This document shows, piece by piece, positions 63,701 to 64,000 of a stretch of 64,000 nt of DNA. The translations under genes and the position numbers were made by a program. This DNA is from Eledone cirrhosa (taxonomy: Eukaryota). The DNA lies in NCBI GenBank assembly GCA_964016885.1, contig OZ024741.1, positions 78,988,001-79,052,000 on the forward strand, written 5' to 3'. The notes beneath the pieces are model-generated. The model was not told where the DNA came from, did no database searches, and saw only the letters and a list, made by a program, of their open reading frames with translations. Position 1 is the stretch's first letter; every line of letters begins with the position of its first letter.

Positions 63701-64000
63701 CTCCTGTCGAGGCATAGACGGCCACTAGCCTGAAAACTTGCCCGTCTCCGCTGGTCACGTCCAGCAGCACCAACTTACCTTCTGGGCCAAGGAAGATGGC
63801 CCGTATGGCGAGATCTAAACCTCTCCGAAAAAGCACAGCAACTCCTCCACCCCGCGATCCCGGACGGCTGGGAGATGCGTACACATCGTAGCCACCGAAG
63901 ATCGGTGCAAAGGCCCTTGCTGCGGTGATTCTGGACTCGCTGATGGCCACTACATATATGTGTAGTGACCTGAGGTCGTTGAGCAGGTGGCCCTGCTTCC
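60770..64000 (-). mobile_element. Tx1-clade LINE copy E, decayed ORF2, 3'-truncated, runs off the window
   Basis: ORFs 63099-63950, 61862-62959 and 60761-61591 collinear with Tx1 ORF2; homology stops at ~60770 before the ORF2 end and 3'UTR. Confidence 0.95.

Overview
Eukaryotic, AT-rich, microsatellite-dense repeat region with no recognisable host gene. The tRNA-derived SINEs and overall repeat make-up resemble a coleoid cephalopod (octopus-like), which is an inference. 1-29 kb is an older patchwork: a hAT/Charlie-type element with perfect TIRs and an 8-bp TSD inflated by nested RTE, Penelope-like and Helitron insertions; decayed R4/Dong, RTE and CRE LINEs; a decayed RepHel Helitron; SINEs; and foldbacks. 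The main structure is a ~26-kb array (29641-55593) of eight non-LTR retrotransposons with (ATT)n at every internal junction. All four Tx1-clade (APE endonuclease) copies lie on the + strand and all four R4/Dong-clade (restriction-like endonuclease) copies on the - strand. Two near-identical full-length Tx1 copies sit head-to-tail with intact 1139-aa ORF2s. Further observations: an ORF1/5'UTR swap between Tx1 subfamilies, a possible in-frame mini-intron joining ORF1 to ORF2, hammerhead-like cores in Penelope-like remnants, and a foldback built from two convergent tRNA-like units. All alignments were made by eye; boundaries of decayed elements are approximate.
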